This document shows positions 9,776 through 18,115 of a DNA stretch of 46,266 nucleotides, piece after piece (position 1 is the stretch's first letter; each line of letters starts with the position of its first letter). The notes beneath the pieces are model-generated. The model made no database searches. It was not told where the DNA came from and saw only the letters and a list, made by a program, of their open reading frames with translations. The position numbers and the translations under genes were made by a program. The stretch comes from Spirochaetales bacterium (lineage in GTDB: Bacteria; Spirochaetota; Spirochaetia; Treponematales; UBA12059). The stretch spans positions 1 through 46,266 of the forward strand of contig JAFGJV010000022.1 in assembly GCA_016928955.1 (NCBI GenBank). Reading direction: 5' to 3'.

Positions 9776-10498
9776 CTAACTTCTCCGTTCAACCCAGTAG
9801 CACTCGTCGTCCCAGTCGACGATCACCGCCTCGGTGCCTTTGGGGAGCGACGCCGCTGGGTCCTTGCACCTGACATACAGCTCCGTCTCCTTGCCGTAGC
9901 GCCTGACCACGGCCTTGCCCATGGCCCCCGGAGCCACGCTCACGCTGATAGTCGCCGTATCCATGAGGAATTCCTCTGGCTTGATGGACGAGTCCAGGTC
10001 CTTACGGATGAAGGATCGGAGCGACCGGGCGAGCACCGCGATGAAGGCGCCGGCCCCGGCGCTCCACGCCAAGGATGCGGCGGCGGGCACGCCCGTCCAC
10101 AGGGCAAAGAGGCCGGTGGGACCGGCGCCCAGGGAGAAGTACACGCCTGTCCTCAGCACGCCGATGGCCTTGGCGACCGCGCGCGTGCCGCGCTCGCCGG
10201 TCATCACCAGCGAGCCGCGCGCGGGCGCGTCGTGGTCTGACTCGTCATGTTGGTCAGCGGCCTGATCGTCGGCCTGGCCGGAATCGTCTCCCGAACCGTC
10301 ATCAACGTCAGCGCTGTCGTCGTCAGAGGCGTCCGAGCTGGCGTCGTCGCCATGGGCTCCGGTATCCGAGCCGCCGTCGTCGTCTGAGTCGGTGTCCTGC
10401 CCTTGGCCGGCATGGTCCAGGGCGCCGAAGAGGTCCACAACGGTCACGCCGAGGCCGAATACGGCAAGGGCCGAATAGAGAACAAACAAAGTGGTCAT
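9776..10498 (-). CDS. NfeD-like membrane protein with an Asp-rich linker
   Basis: N-terminal TM, long D/S/G-rich tract, two more TMs, C-terminal OB-fold-like segment (ATISVSVAPGAMGKAVV...LPKGTEAVIV); upstream of flotillins as in nfeD-flotillin loci. Confidence 0.8.
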   Translation of the reverse strand: MTTLFVLYSALAVFGLGVTVVDLFGALDHAGQGQDTDSDDDGGSDTGAHGDDASSDASDDDSADVDDGSGDDSGQADDQAADQHDESDHDAPARGSLVMTGERGTRAVAKAIGVLRTGVYFSLGAGPTGLFALWTGVPAAASLAWSAGAGAFIAVLARSLRSFIRKDLDSSIKPEEFLMDTATISVSVAPGAMGKAVVRRYGKETELYVRCKDPAASLPKGTEAVIVDWDDECYWVERRS

Positions 10499-10539
10499 GG
10501 CCCATCAGTATGGCCCTCAGGGGCGATAGAGCGCAAGCG

Positions 10540-11331
10540 TCAATGCGTGGCTTGCCCGAGTACCCGGACCCGCGCTTTGGATAACAGAGGGCGGGCGTCT
10601 TCAGCAGGGCGCCGTTCCAGGAAGAAGGCCGGAGACTCGTGACGATAGGCCTCCCTGAGCCGGGGCAAAAACTCGGAACGAGTAACGGGTCGCGCTCCCA
10701 GGGCCAGTTTGTACGGCATTTCCATGCCCAGGTCCCAGAGCTGTACGCCTTCACGGGCCAGGATGGCGGCCAGCGCGTACAGCTGTACGGTGCCCGCGCC
10801 GGACTCCGTGGTAAAGCCGGAAAGGCTGGCGTAGCATGAGCCGACAAGATAGCCGAACTCGCCTGCCACCAGTCCGCCGTTCCGGTACAGCTCGACCGAT
10901 ATCCAGCGGACGCTTCCGGTGGCGGACGAGGCGGCCAGGCTGGCGAACGCGTCGGTAAGCGGCGTGGTAAGCCACCCGTCACCGTGCGCCTTGACGCATT
11001 GGTCCAGCACGCTCCGGAACGACGTGTTCAGGGATACGCGGTACGGATCGGCAGCCCGCACGGCGCTCCTGGTCGGTTTGACGTGTGCAGGGTCGATAAG
11101 GCAGCGCTCAAGATGCAGTTTGGGGGAAAAGAGGATCATGCAGCCCGTACCCGTTGACACCCGCACGGACATGGGCATAAAGCCGGCCAGCGCGGCCCTC
11201 CGGACAGCCGCCGGGTCCACGCGCGGAAAAAGGATGAATTCGCCGCTGTAATCCATGGCCACAAGCTGGTCAGCGCATGCCGCGTAGTTGTCGTCGTCCC
11301 TCAGGGGCAAGCCCCTTTCGTCAAACAGCAC
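10540..11331 (-). CDS. aat: Leucyl/phenylalanyl-tRNA--protein transferase
   Basis: AGFMPM, NTSFRSVLDQC, ISVELYRNGGLVAGEFGYLVG, YASLSGF motifs of the Aat family. Confidence 0.88.
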   Translation of the reverse strand: MLFDERGLPLRDDDNYAACADQLVAMDYSGEFILFPRVDPAAVRRAALAGFMPMSVRVSTGTGCMILFSPKLHLERCLIDPAHVKPTRSAVRAADPYRVSLNTSFRSVLDQCVKAHGDGWLTTPLTDAFASLAASSATGSVRWISVELYRNGGLVAGEFGYLVGSCYASLSGFTTESGAGTVQLYALAAILAREGVQLWDLGMEMPYKLALGARPVTRSEFLPRLREAYRHESPAFFLERRPAEDARPLLSKARVRVLGQATH

Positions 11332-11356
11332 TGTCGTTTTCCCGTATACCCATTGC

Positions 11357-11386
11357 TTGACCCCTTGGGTGGCAAGGACCTATAGT
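11357..11386 (+). promoter_or_regulatory. Sigma70-type promoter for the BMP lipoprotein gene
   Basis: TTGACC-18 bp-TATAGT, about 50 bp upstream of ATG 11435. Confidence 0.55.
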
Positions 11387-11434
11387 CGGCTGGCGTTCCG
11401 CCGTCTGGCGCGCGGGCGTACGAAGGGACCGACC

Positions 11435-12529
11435 ATGACCATCCGAACAATCTGCGTGTTCGCCGCGCTTATGACTATCGCATCCTGCGGAGGGCCGGGC
11501 AAGGCCGACGATCCGTCAGACGTCACATCAAGGCTCATGACCGACGCCACGGGCATAGACGACGAGTCTTTCAGCGCGGCCGGCTGGAAGGGCATGCTGG
11601 CGTACTACGGCGACAGCTGGGACAATCCCGAGGGCAAGGGCCGGCTGTACGACTGGATCACTGTTCCGAGCCACGATCTCTTTGTGCCGTCGCTCAAGCA
11701 GGTGTCCGACCAGGGGTACGGCCTGGTGATCGTGTCCGGGTTTATGTGGGATACCGCCCTGGCCGAGGTTGCCCCGCTGTATCCCGGCCAGAAGTACCTG
11801 ATCATAGACGTCAAGTGGCTGGACGGTCCCAACATCATGCAGGCCAGCTTTGCGGAGCACGAGGGCTCGTATCTGGTCGGTCTGGCGGCGGCCCTGAAAG
11901 CAAGGGCGGACGGCATCGCCACTCCCAGATTCGGCTTTATTGGCGGGGTTCCCGGGCGGGTGATCACCAGGTTTGAGATGGGCTGGATCCAGGGGATTCG
12001 CTCGGTGTATCCGGACGCAGGCTTTGTGGACTATTACGCCAACGCCTGGAACAAGCCCGAGCTGGCCAAGGCCCAGGCGCGGGCCTGGTACGATTCGGGA
12101 GTATACGCCATCTTCAGCGCGGCCGGAGCCACGGGCAACGGAACCATAGCGCAGGCCAAGGAGTACAGGCTGTCGGGCCGCAATGTGTGGGCCGTCGGCG
12201 TGGACGGCGACCAGCATCGGGCCGGCGTGTACGCGGACGGAAAGTCGGCCGTTCTCACGTCCATGCTCAAGCGCGTGGACCGGGCCACCGAGTACGCCCT
12301 GCGTTCCGTGCGCGACGGAAGTTTTGAGGGCCGCGTGTACGAGTTCGGCGCGGCCAACGGAGGCGTGGATTTTGCCGTGTCCAATCCAGAGTTGGGCGAC
12401 GCTATCGTGGCCGCTGTGAACGCGGCCAAGGCCGGCATTATAGACGGCAGTGTTGTCGTGGTACCCGGGTACGCGGAAGCCAAGTCCCTGGGCCTGGCGC
12501 CAGACGGCCTCATGGCCCGAGACGACTGA
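11435..12529 (+). CDS. BMP family (TmpC/PnrA-like) nucleoside ABC transporter substrate-binding lipoprotein
   Basis: Signal peptide with lipobox (IASC); GIDDESFS, FAEHEGSYLVG, GFIGG, IFSAAGATGNG, GVDGDQ, TSMLKRVD motifs. Confidence 0.93.
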   Translation: MTIRTICVFAALMTIASCGGPGKADDPSDVTSRLMTDATGIDDESFSAAGWKGMLAYYGDSWDNPEGKGRLYDWITVPSHDLFVPSLKQVSDQGYGLVIVSGFMWDTALAEVAPLYPGQKYLIIDVKWLDGPNIMQASFAEHEGSYLVGLAAALKARADGIATPRFGFIGGVPGRVITRFEMGWIQGIRSVYPDAGFVDYYANAWNKPELAKAQARAWYDSGVYAIFSAAGATGNGTIAQAKEYRLSGRNVWAVGVDGDQHRAGVYADGKSAVLTSMLKRVDRATEYALRSVRDGSFEGRVYEFGAANGGVDFAVSNPELGDAIVAAVNAAKAGIIDGSVVVVPGYAEAKSLGLAPDGLMARDD

Positions 12530-12549
12530 GTCACCGCTGGGCTCGTCCG

Positions 12550-12558
12550 TGCTATACT
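12550..12558 (+). promoter_or_regulatory. Extended -10 promoter 6 nt before the permease ATG (likely leaderless)
   Basis: TGCTATACT followed by GCGGCC-ATG; no SD sequence. Confidence 0.55.
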
Positions 12559-12564
12559 GCGGCC

Positions 12565-13725
12565 ATGGACAGGCGCGCGGTGCCCGCCAAAATCGGGTGG
12601 GCCGTTTTTCTGGAACGGCTCACGGCAACGGACGCCCGCCTTGGCGTGGCCGTGGCGGGACTTGGGCTGCTAGCCGGGGGTTTGGTTGCCGCATTGGCCG
12701 GCGGAAGCCCCCTGGGCTTGTTCAGGGCCCTCCTGCAGGCGGCCACTGGCTGGGACGCGGCCAGGCAGGTGTGGAATATCCGCTATGTGGGTGAGTGGCT
12801 GGCTGTGGCCACGCCCCTCATTCTGACCGGCCTGTCCATGGGGTTTGCCGCCCGGGCCGGACTGTTCAACATAGGGGCCGAGGGGCAGTACATAGCCGGC
12901 CTGACAGCGGCGCAATTTGCCGCCCTGTACCTTCCGCCTGTTCCCGTTTTGCACGCTTTCCTATGCGTGGCGGCCGCCCTTGCCGCCGGGGCCGTGTGGG
13001 GCGGCCTGGCCGGCTGGCTCAAGGCGCGGTTTGGCGCCAGCGAGGTTGTGGCCACCATCATGCTCAACTACCTGGCTTTTTATCTGTCACGATGGCTGAC
13101 CCAGGCCATACCGGGCGCCACCACCTACCGCACACCCGCCATCCCCGCCAGCGCCCAGCTGGACGCGGGGTTTCTGAAAACCTTGAGTGGGGGCTCCAAC
13201 CTGGGTTGGGGGTTTTTTGCCGCCCTGGGAGCCGCGCTTCTGTTCTGGTGGCTGCTTGAGCGGACACGGATGGGATACGCGCTCAGGGCTTCCGGGCTGA
13301 ATCCGGACGCCGCCATGGCCGGCGGCATCAATCCCGGCAGGGTTGGGATCTTTGCCATGTGCCTGGCCGGGGCTTTTGCAGGTTTGGCGGGAGCGTCTGT
13401 GGCGCTGGGGTCGTTCAACCACGGAAGGGTCCTGTCGGAGTTCGACAACTACGGTTTCATGGGCATAGCGGTGGCCCTTGCCGGCGGGGCGCGCGGCTTT
13501 GGAGTTGCGGCGGCGGGGCTGTTCTTCGGGCTTTTGGCTAGCGCCCAGACTCTCATGCAAGGGCAGGGCATACCCAGGGAACTCGCCGTCATCGTGTCGG
13601 GCATAGTGGTCATCCTGCTCTCCATGAAGGCTGGCCTGGGCGCCCTGGCCGGAAGGCTCGGAGGAAGCGCAGTGGGGGCGCCATGTGACGCCCGGCCGGA
13701 ACCCGGGGAGGGCAACGGTGGCTGA
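12565..13725 (+). CDS. Nucleoside/sugar ABC transporter permease (BPD_transp_2)
   Basis: TPLILTGLS...GLFNIGAEGQ, EVVATIMLNY, GYALRASGLNPDAA motifs. Confidence 0.93.
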   Translation: MDRRAVPAKIGWAVFLERLTATDARLGVAVAGLGLLAGGLVAALAGGSPLGLFRALLQAATGWDAARQVWNIRYVGEWLAVATPLILTGLSMGFAARAGLFNIGAEGQYIAGLTAAQFAALYLPPVPVLHAFLCVAAALAAGAVWGGLAGWLKARFGASEVVATIMLNYLAFYLSRWLTQAIPGATTYRTPAIPASAQLDAGFLKTLSGGSNLGWGFFAALGAALLFWWLLERTRMGYALRASGLNPDAAMAGGINPGRVGIFAMCLAGAFAGLAGASVALGSFNHGRVLSEFDNYGFMGIAVALAGGARGFGVAAAGLFFGLLASAQTLMQGQGIPRELAVIVSGIVVILLSMKAGLGALAGRLGGSAVGAPCDARPEPGEGNGG

Positions 13726-14638
13726 GTTCCTGCCGTTTCTGCGAACCCTTGCCATGATGGCGGCTCCTCTGGCCATAGCGGGCATGGCGGGGCTGGTTTC
13801 GGAGCGTTCCGGCGTGGTCAACGTGGCTCTAGAGGGCTTGATGGGGGCGGGGGCCTTTGCGGCGGCTGCCGTCCATTACGCGCTGGAAGGTCCGGCGGGA
13901 GCGGCGTCCGCCTGGCTGGCCCTGGGAGCGGCCATGGCTTTTGGGATGGTCTTTGCCCTGCCCCACGCGGCGGCGACCGTTGGCCTTGGGGCAAACCAGG
14001 TGATTTCCGGCATGGGCATTAACCTGCTTTCCTCCGGGCTGACCGTGTTCTTGTGCAAGGCCCTGTTCGGCATGGAACGGACGCCCGTTTTCGGCCTGGG
14101 GCTACTCCCCGGGCTTTGGGGTTTTTATCCCACTCTATGGCTGGCGCTGGCCGTTGTGGCGCTCACCTGGTTCTGGCTGTACCGACTTCCTTCCGGACTC
14201 CGCCTTCGGGCCTGCGGCGAGCACCCGGAGGCCGCTGAGAGCGCGGGGGTGCCGGTACGTAGAGTAAGATGCCTGGCCGTGCTGGCGTCCGGGGCGTTGG
14301 CCGGCCTGGCGGGAGGCGGCATGGTCCTGACGCATACCATCCAGTTCACGCGCGGTACCATAGGAGGGGCCGGGTTCATGGCTTTGGCGGCCGTGTCCCT
14401 TGGCCGCTGGCGGCCGGGCGGCGTGGGTATGGCGGCCAGCCTGTTCGGTCTGGCCGTGGCCGCATCCGTGTATGCCGTCAACTTAGATGCCCTCAGGCGC
14501 TTGCCGCCGGATTTTTTCAGCATGCTCCCGTATGCCGTCAGCCTGCTGGTCCTTGTGGCCCTGCCGAACACGGGCTCATCTCCCCGGGCCGCGGGCTCTG
14601 CCTGGCCCATCCGCCGTGGGCCAGGAGGCTCGCGGTGA
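13718..14638 (+). CDS. Nucleoside/sugar ABC transporter permease (second subunit)
   Basis: SERSGVVNVALEGLM, GLRLRACGEHPEAAESAGV, GFMALAAV motifs; GTG start after GGAGG. Confidence 0.92.
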   Translation: MAEFLPFLRTLAMMAAPLAIAGMAGLVSERSGVVNVALEGLMGAGAFAAAAVHYALEGPAGAASAWLALGAAMAFGMVFALPHAAATVGLGANQVISGMGINLLSSGLTVFLCKALFGMERTPVFGLGLLPGLWGFYPTLWLALAVVALTWFWLYRLPSGLRLRACGEHPEAAESAGVPVRRVRCLAVLASGALAGLAGGGMVLTHTIQFTRGTIGGAGFMALAAVSLGRWRPGGVGMAASLFGLAVAASVYAVNLDALRRLPPDFFSMLPYAVSLLVLVALPNTGSSPRAAGSAWPIRRGPGGSR

Positions 14639-15831
14639 GCGCCGTTGTGTCCCTGTCCCGGGAAGACGCCGCACGGGTGGCTTTCTGGTCGTCTTTTATG
14701 CCAAGCACCAACGGCCTTGACGAGCGGGCAAGCGCACGGTCCCACCTGTGCAGGCTGGGCCATGTGCAGATAGACACCATATCGGTGGTCGAGCGGGCCC
14801 ACCATCACGTGCTGTGGAGCCGTGACTGCCGCTACAGCCCCCGGGTGCTGGCGTCGCTTGAGGAAACGCCACGGGCGGCCTTCGAGTACTGGGCGCACGC
14901 GGCGGCCTACCTGCCCATGGAAGATTACCGCTTCTGCCTGCCGCGGATGCGGCGCATAGTGGCGGAGGGCCATGAGTGGTTTCCCCACGACGGGCGCGCG
15001 GTACAGTGGGTCCTGGACAGGATCAAGGCGGAGGGGGCCCTGCGCTCCCAGGACTTTCAGAGCGAGGGCGCCCGCGGACCCTGGTGGGACTGGAAACCGG
15101 CCAAGGCGGCCCTGGAGTTCCTCTTTCACTCAGGCACGCTGATGGTGGTCGGCCGGCCGGGTTTCCAGAAGCTCTACGACCTGACCGAGCGCGTGCTGCC
15201 GCCGGAAACGGATACGAGGTATCCGGACCGAGCGGAGATGGCTGATTGGTACCTTGGCCGCGCGGTAACGGCCCTCGGGGTTTTTGCCGACTGCGACCTG
15301 GCCTATCTCCGCAAGGACGCCACAGACGGGCTCTCGGACGCCGTGGACAGGGCGCGCGAGAGGGGCGCGGTGCTGGAAGCCAAGGTTGAGGGCGACGAGG
15401 CCCGCCGGTACTGGATCGGCCAAGGCGCCATGGACAGCATGGCCGTCCCTGCCGATGGCCAAACCTCTGTGCGTATAGTGTCGCCTTTCGACAATCTGAT
15501 CATAGACCGGAGAAGGGCCAAACGGCTCTTGGGACTGGACTACACCGTGGAATGTTACGTGCCGGCGGCCAAGCGGCGCTTTGGCTACTTTGCCCTGCCC
15601 GTGCTGTACGGACACCGGCCCGTGGGCCTTGTGGACTGTAAAGCCGAGCGCAAGGATAAAATTCTCAGGATAGTGCGGTCCAGCGTGGCCATGCCCGGGG
15701 ACCGCAAAGCCCTTGCCCTGAGGCGCTCCTCGTTGGCCAGGAGAGGGGACGCCGCCCACGCTGCCTTGGCCCGGGCCCTTGACGAGTATGCCGCTTTCAA
15801 CGGTTGCTCTATCTGGGAGGCCCTGGGATAG
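14635..15831 (+). CDS. YcaQ/AlkZ-family (HTH_42) DNA glycosylase, YcaQ-like
   Basis: VQIDTISVVERAHH (QxD), FEYWAHAA, WWDWKPAK, YDLTERVLP, SPFDNL, ECYVPAAKRRFGYF; GTGA overlap with the permease stop. Confidence 0.9.
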   Translation: MSAVVSLSREDAARVAFWSSFMPSTNGLDERASARSHLCRLGHVQIDTISVVERAHHHVLWSRDCRYSPRVLASLEETPRAAFEYWAHAAAYLPMEDYRFCLPRMRRIVAEGHEWFPHDGRAVQWVLDRIKAEGALRSQDFQSEGARGPWWDWKPAKAALEFLFHSGTLMVVGRPGFQKLYDLTERVLPPETDTRYPDRAEMADWYLGRAVTALGVFADCDLAYLRKDATDGLSDAVDRARERGAVLEAKVEGDEARRYWIGQGAMDSMAVPADGQTSVRIVSPFDNLIIDRRRAKRLLGLDYTVECYVPAAKRRFGYFALPVLYGHRPVGLVDCKAERKDKILRIVRSSVAMPGDRKALALRRSSLARRGDAAHAALARALDEYAAFNGCSIWEALG

Positions 15832-15882
15832 GCAAGCTCTTGCGCGCGCGCGCGTGAAGCATTAGGGTTTTCCTGGTCGCCC

Positions 15883-16722
15883 ATGAAAACAAAAATCCGG
15901 AATTCAGCCGCCATTATCGCCGCCACCTACGCGATCGCGGCCACGGCATGGATCGTCCTGTCCGACAGATTGCTCAGCTTTCTTGCTGGAAATGTCGTTT
16001 CCTTGGCCTGGCTACAGACCCTGAAGGGCACGGGTTTTGTGGTGGCCACGGCGGTGATTCTCTTTTTTCACAGCAAATCCCTGATGACGGAACTTGTGCG
16101 AGCCCAGGTGGCCCGAGAGGCCGAGACCCTGGCCTCCCTGCGCGAGAAGGAAGCCCTGCTCAGGGAGATAGCCCATCGCGTCAAAAACAATCTCCAGCTG
16201 ATAGCGAGCATCATGTCTTTGCAGGGCGGCGACTCCTGCTCCCCCGTGCGCGACAAGGTGGCGGCCATGGCGCTGGTACACGAGCTCCTGTATTCATCCG
16301 ATAGCTTGAGCCGGGTGGATCCCGGGGAGCTGGCGGACGGCTTGGCCGTGATCATGAGAGAAAACCATGGCGGCGTGGAATTCCAGTCAGCCGGCGGAGG
16401 TTTCAGCCTGGATGCCGAGCGCGCCGTGCCCGTTGGAATTTTCGTGGCCGAGGCCTGCGACAACGCCGCGCGGCACGCCAAGACGACAGACGGATCCCCG
16501 CTATGCGTCCGCCTGAGCATGCATGCCGAAGACGGCAGGATACAGGTGACTGTGAGCGACAACGGCCATGGCCTTGCCGGGCAGGCGTCCGCTGGAAGCG
16601 CTACCGGCGTGGGCATGGCCCTGATGGATGCCATTGCCGATCAGTTGGGCGGGCGTGTCGACCGTACGGACAGCGGCGGTGCAGTGGTCAGTCTGAGCTT
16701 TCCCCTGAGTCCCAGCGTTTGA
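15883..16722 (+). CDS. Membrane-bound sensor histidine kinase (HisKA_2 type)
   Basis: Two TMs, LLREIAHRVKNNLQ H-box, VHELLY, DNGHG and GVGMALM ATPase motifs; TTGCGC-17-TAGGGT upstream. Confidence 0.9.
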   Translation: MKTKIRNSAAIIAATYAIAATAWIVLSDRLLSFLAGNVVSLAWLQTLKGTGFVVATAVILFFHSKSLMTELVRAQVAREAETLASLREKEALLREIAHRVKNNLQLIASIMSLQGGDSCSPVRDKVAAMALVHELLYSSDSLSRVDPGELADGLAVIMRENHGGVEFQSAGGGFSLDAERAVPVGIFVAEACDNAARHAKTTDGSPLCVRLSMHAEDGRIQVTVSDNGHGLAGQASAGSATGVGMALMDAIADQLGGRVDRTDSGGAVVSLSFPLSPSV

Positions 16723-17905
16723 CCCTGGCGCATAGCGAGATCCGCGCGGCTTCCAGTTCGACGCGGCCTTCGGCATAGTCATCCGTTATCTGGTTGACTT
16801 CCGCCTGGGCTTTGGCCACGTCCAAGGCTTCCGAGTTCATCTCCGCCGGCGCGTGAAGCTTGCGCGAGCGCCAGTAGTCCTCGGCCTGGGCGTTGCCTTC
16901 GTCAAAGGGGCAGCCGTTCCACAGAGGCGTAAAGGCGCCGCTCGTGAGCACGATGGGCTTGTAGAGGTTTCTGCATGGCCAGGGAGCGGCCGTGAACCAC
17001 ACAATGAGCCGGTTTCCGGTCCGCTCGACCAGGAGCGAGCCGGTGGCAGATGTTTTTTGGGGCCAGCCGACGTGCGGGCACACGTCCACGCCGCGTTTGG
17101 GCGAATCCTCCGTGGACAAACCGTGGGCCCGGAGCAGGGCAAAGGCCGCCTGCCTGCCGCCTTCGGCGGCTGAGGGCAGCACGGACAGGATGGCCTTGCC
17201 CAGGCCTTCGGCTTTTTTCACCGGCATGGGCGGACGGCCCTCCACGTAGCGCTTCCACGCCTCTTTTTCGGCTATCCGACCGGCGTCGGATTCGTCAAGG
17301 CACGCCATGCGCTCGTTGACCGGCGCTATGGCCTTGCGGGTGTCCGCGTCCACGCGCTTGTAGTCCACGCCGAGCGTGTAGGCACCCGACAGGGCGGCTC
17401 GCTCCGCGACGTTTGACCAAGCCCAGCGTCGCCCGGCCGTCTCGAGCAGGTAGGAGCCGTCCGCCGCTGTTATGAGGTACGACGAACTGGACGGCTTGTC
17501 GCGGGTATACGGGTCGCGCCAGCCTTGGTCCATGGTTTCAGTGAGCATAATCAAGGCATCGCGCGCCTCCTCGGCGCAGGCGGATGCCATGAGGGCGGCG
17601 CGGAGCAGGTCGGCTCCCGGTACCCCGTCCGCGGCGGCTTTGAAGCGGCTGTACACGGAACTTTGGGCTATTGCCACACCCGCGGAATTGACTCCGGCTT
17701 CCGCGCCGGCCATCCATGCCGGGCCCATGAGTACCATGGACAGGCCCTGGTCAGTCTGGCTGAAATCACGGCCCGAAAAGGAAACGGGTTCTCCTGCCGG
17801 CCGCGCCGGTATCAGGCGAAGGGACGACGCCTCGTCCGCGGGCCGGAGCGACGACGAACCGAGGAAACGAGTGTCGCCCGACAAGAAAAAAAAGGAAACG
17901 CCCAT
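16688..17905 (-). CDS. Peptidase C69/secernin-like Ntn-hydrolase homologue, apparently lacking the catalytic Cys
   Basis: PAWMAGAEAGVNSAGVAIA, DLLRAAL, YLLETAGRRWA, VWFTA..PC..LYKP motifs; ATG at 17905 after AAGGAG; N-terminus MGVSF instead of MCDT/MCTT. Confidence 0.78.
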   Translation of the reverse strand: MGVSFFFLSGDTRFLGSSSLRPADEASSLRLIPARPAGEPVSFSGRDFSQTDQGLSMVLMGPAWMAGAEAGVNSAGVAIAQSSVYSRFKAAADGVPGADLLRAALMASACAEEARDALIMLTETMDQGWRDPYTRDKPSSSSYLITAADGSYLLETAGRRWAWSNVAERAALSGAYTLGVDYKRVDADTRKAIAPVNERMACLDESDAGRIAEKEAWKRYVEGRPPMPVKKAEGLGKAILSVLPSAAEGGRQAAFALLRAHGLSTEDSPKRGVDVCPHVGWPQKTSATGSLLVERTGNRLIVWFTAAPWPCRNLYKPIVLTSGAFTPLWNGCPFDEGNAQAEDYWRSRKLHAPAEMNSEALDVAKAQAEVNQITDDYAEGRVELEAARISLCARVKRWDSGESSD

Positions 17906-18115
17906 GGTTGGCACTCCTTGGGAGTATAGTGTCGCCAGTTGTTATGCGGCCTGGAAACCTTTCCGCGCGTGAACGAACCGCCCGGCATAAAGGACACACG
18001 CATGGGATCCCGCCGCTTCCAGTATGGCGTTCCGGCAACCGGAGGGCAAGTAACTCCTCGGGATGCATGGCCGCGCCAGATTTGCCCCGGGACAGCACTT
18101 GGACCATAATGGACG

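Noticed and set aside
11363..11377. CCTTG-N5-CAAGG dyad in the BMP promoter spacer as a second MerR operator
   Set aside because: Only 5-bp arms, an 18-bp spacer and no similarity to the dyad at 23596-23616.
14635..15831. HTH_42 glycosylase as a self-resistance gene for a genotoxic cluster product (AlkZ-like)
   Set aside because: It has the QxD motif of housekeeping YcaQ-like proteins rather than the QxQ of AlkZ, and it lies 13 kb away, coupled to an unrelated transporter.
15842..15854. (GC)n dinucleotide run upstream of the kinase as a phase-variation tract
   Set aside because: Short and expected by chance at this GC content.
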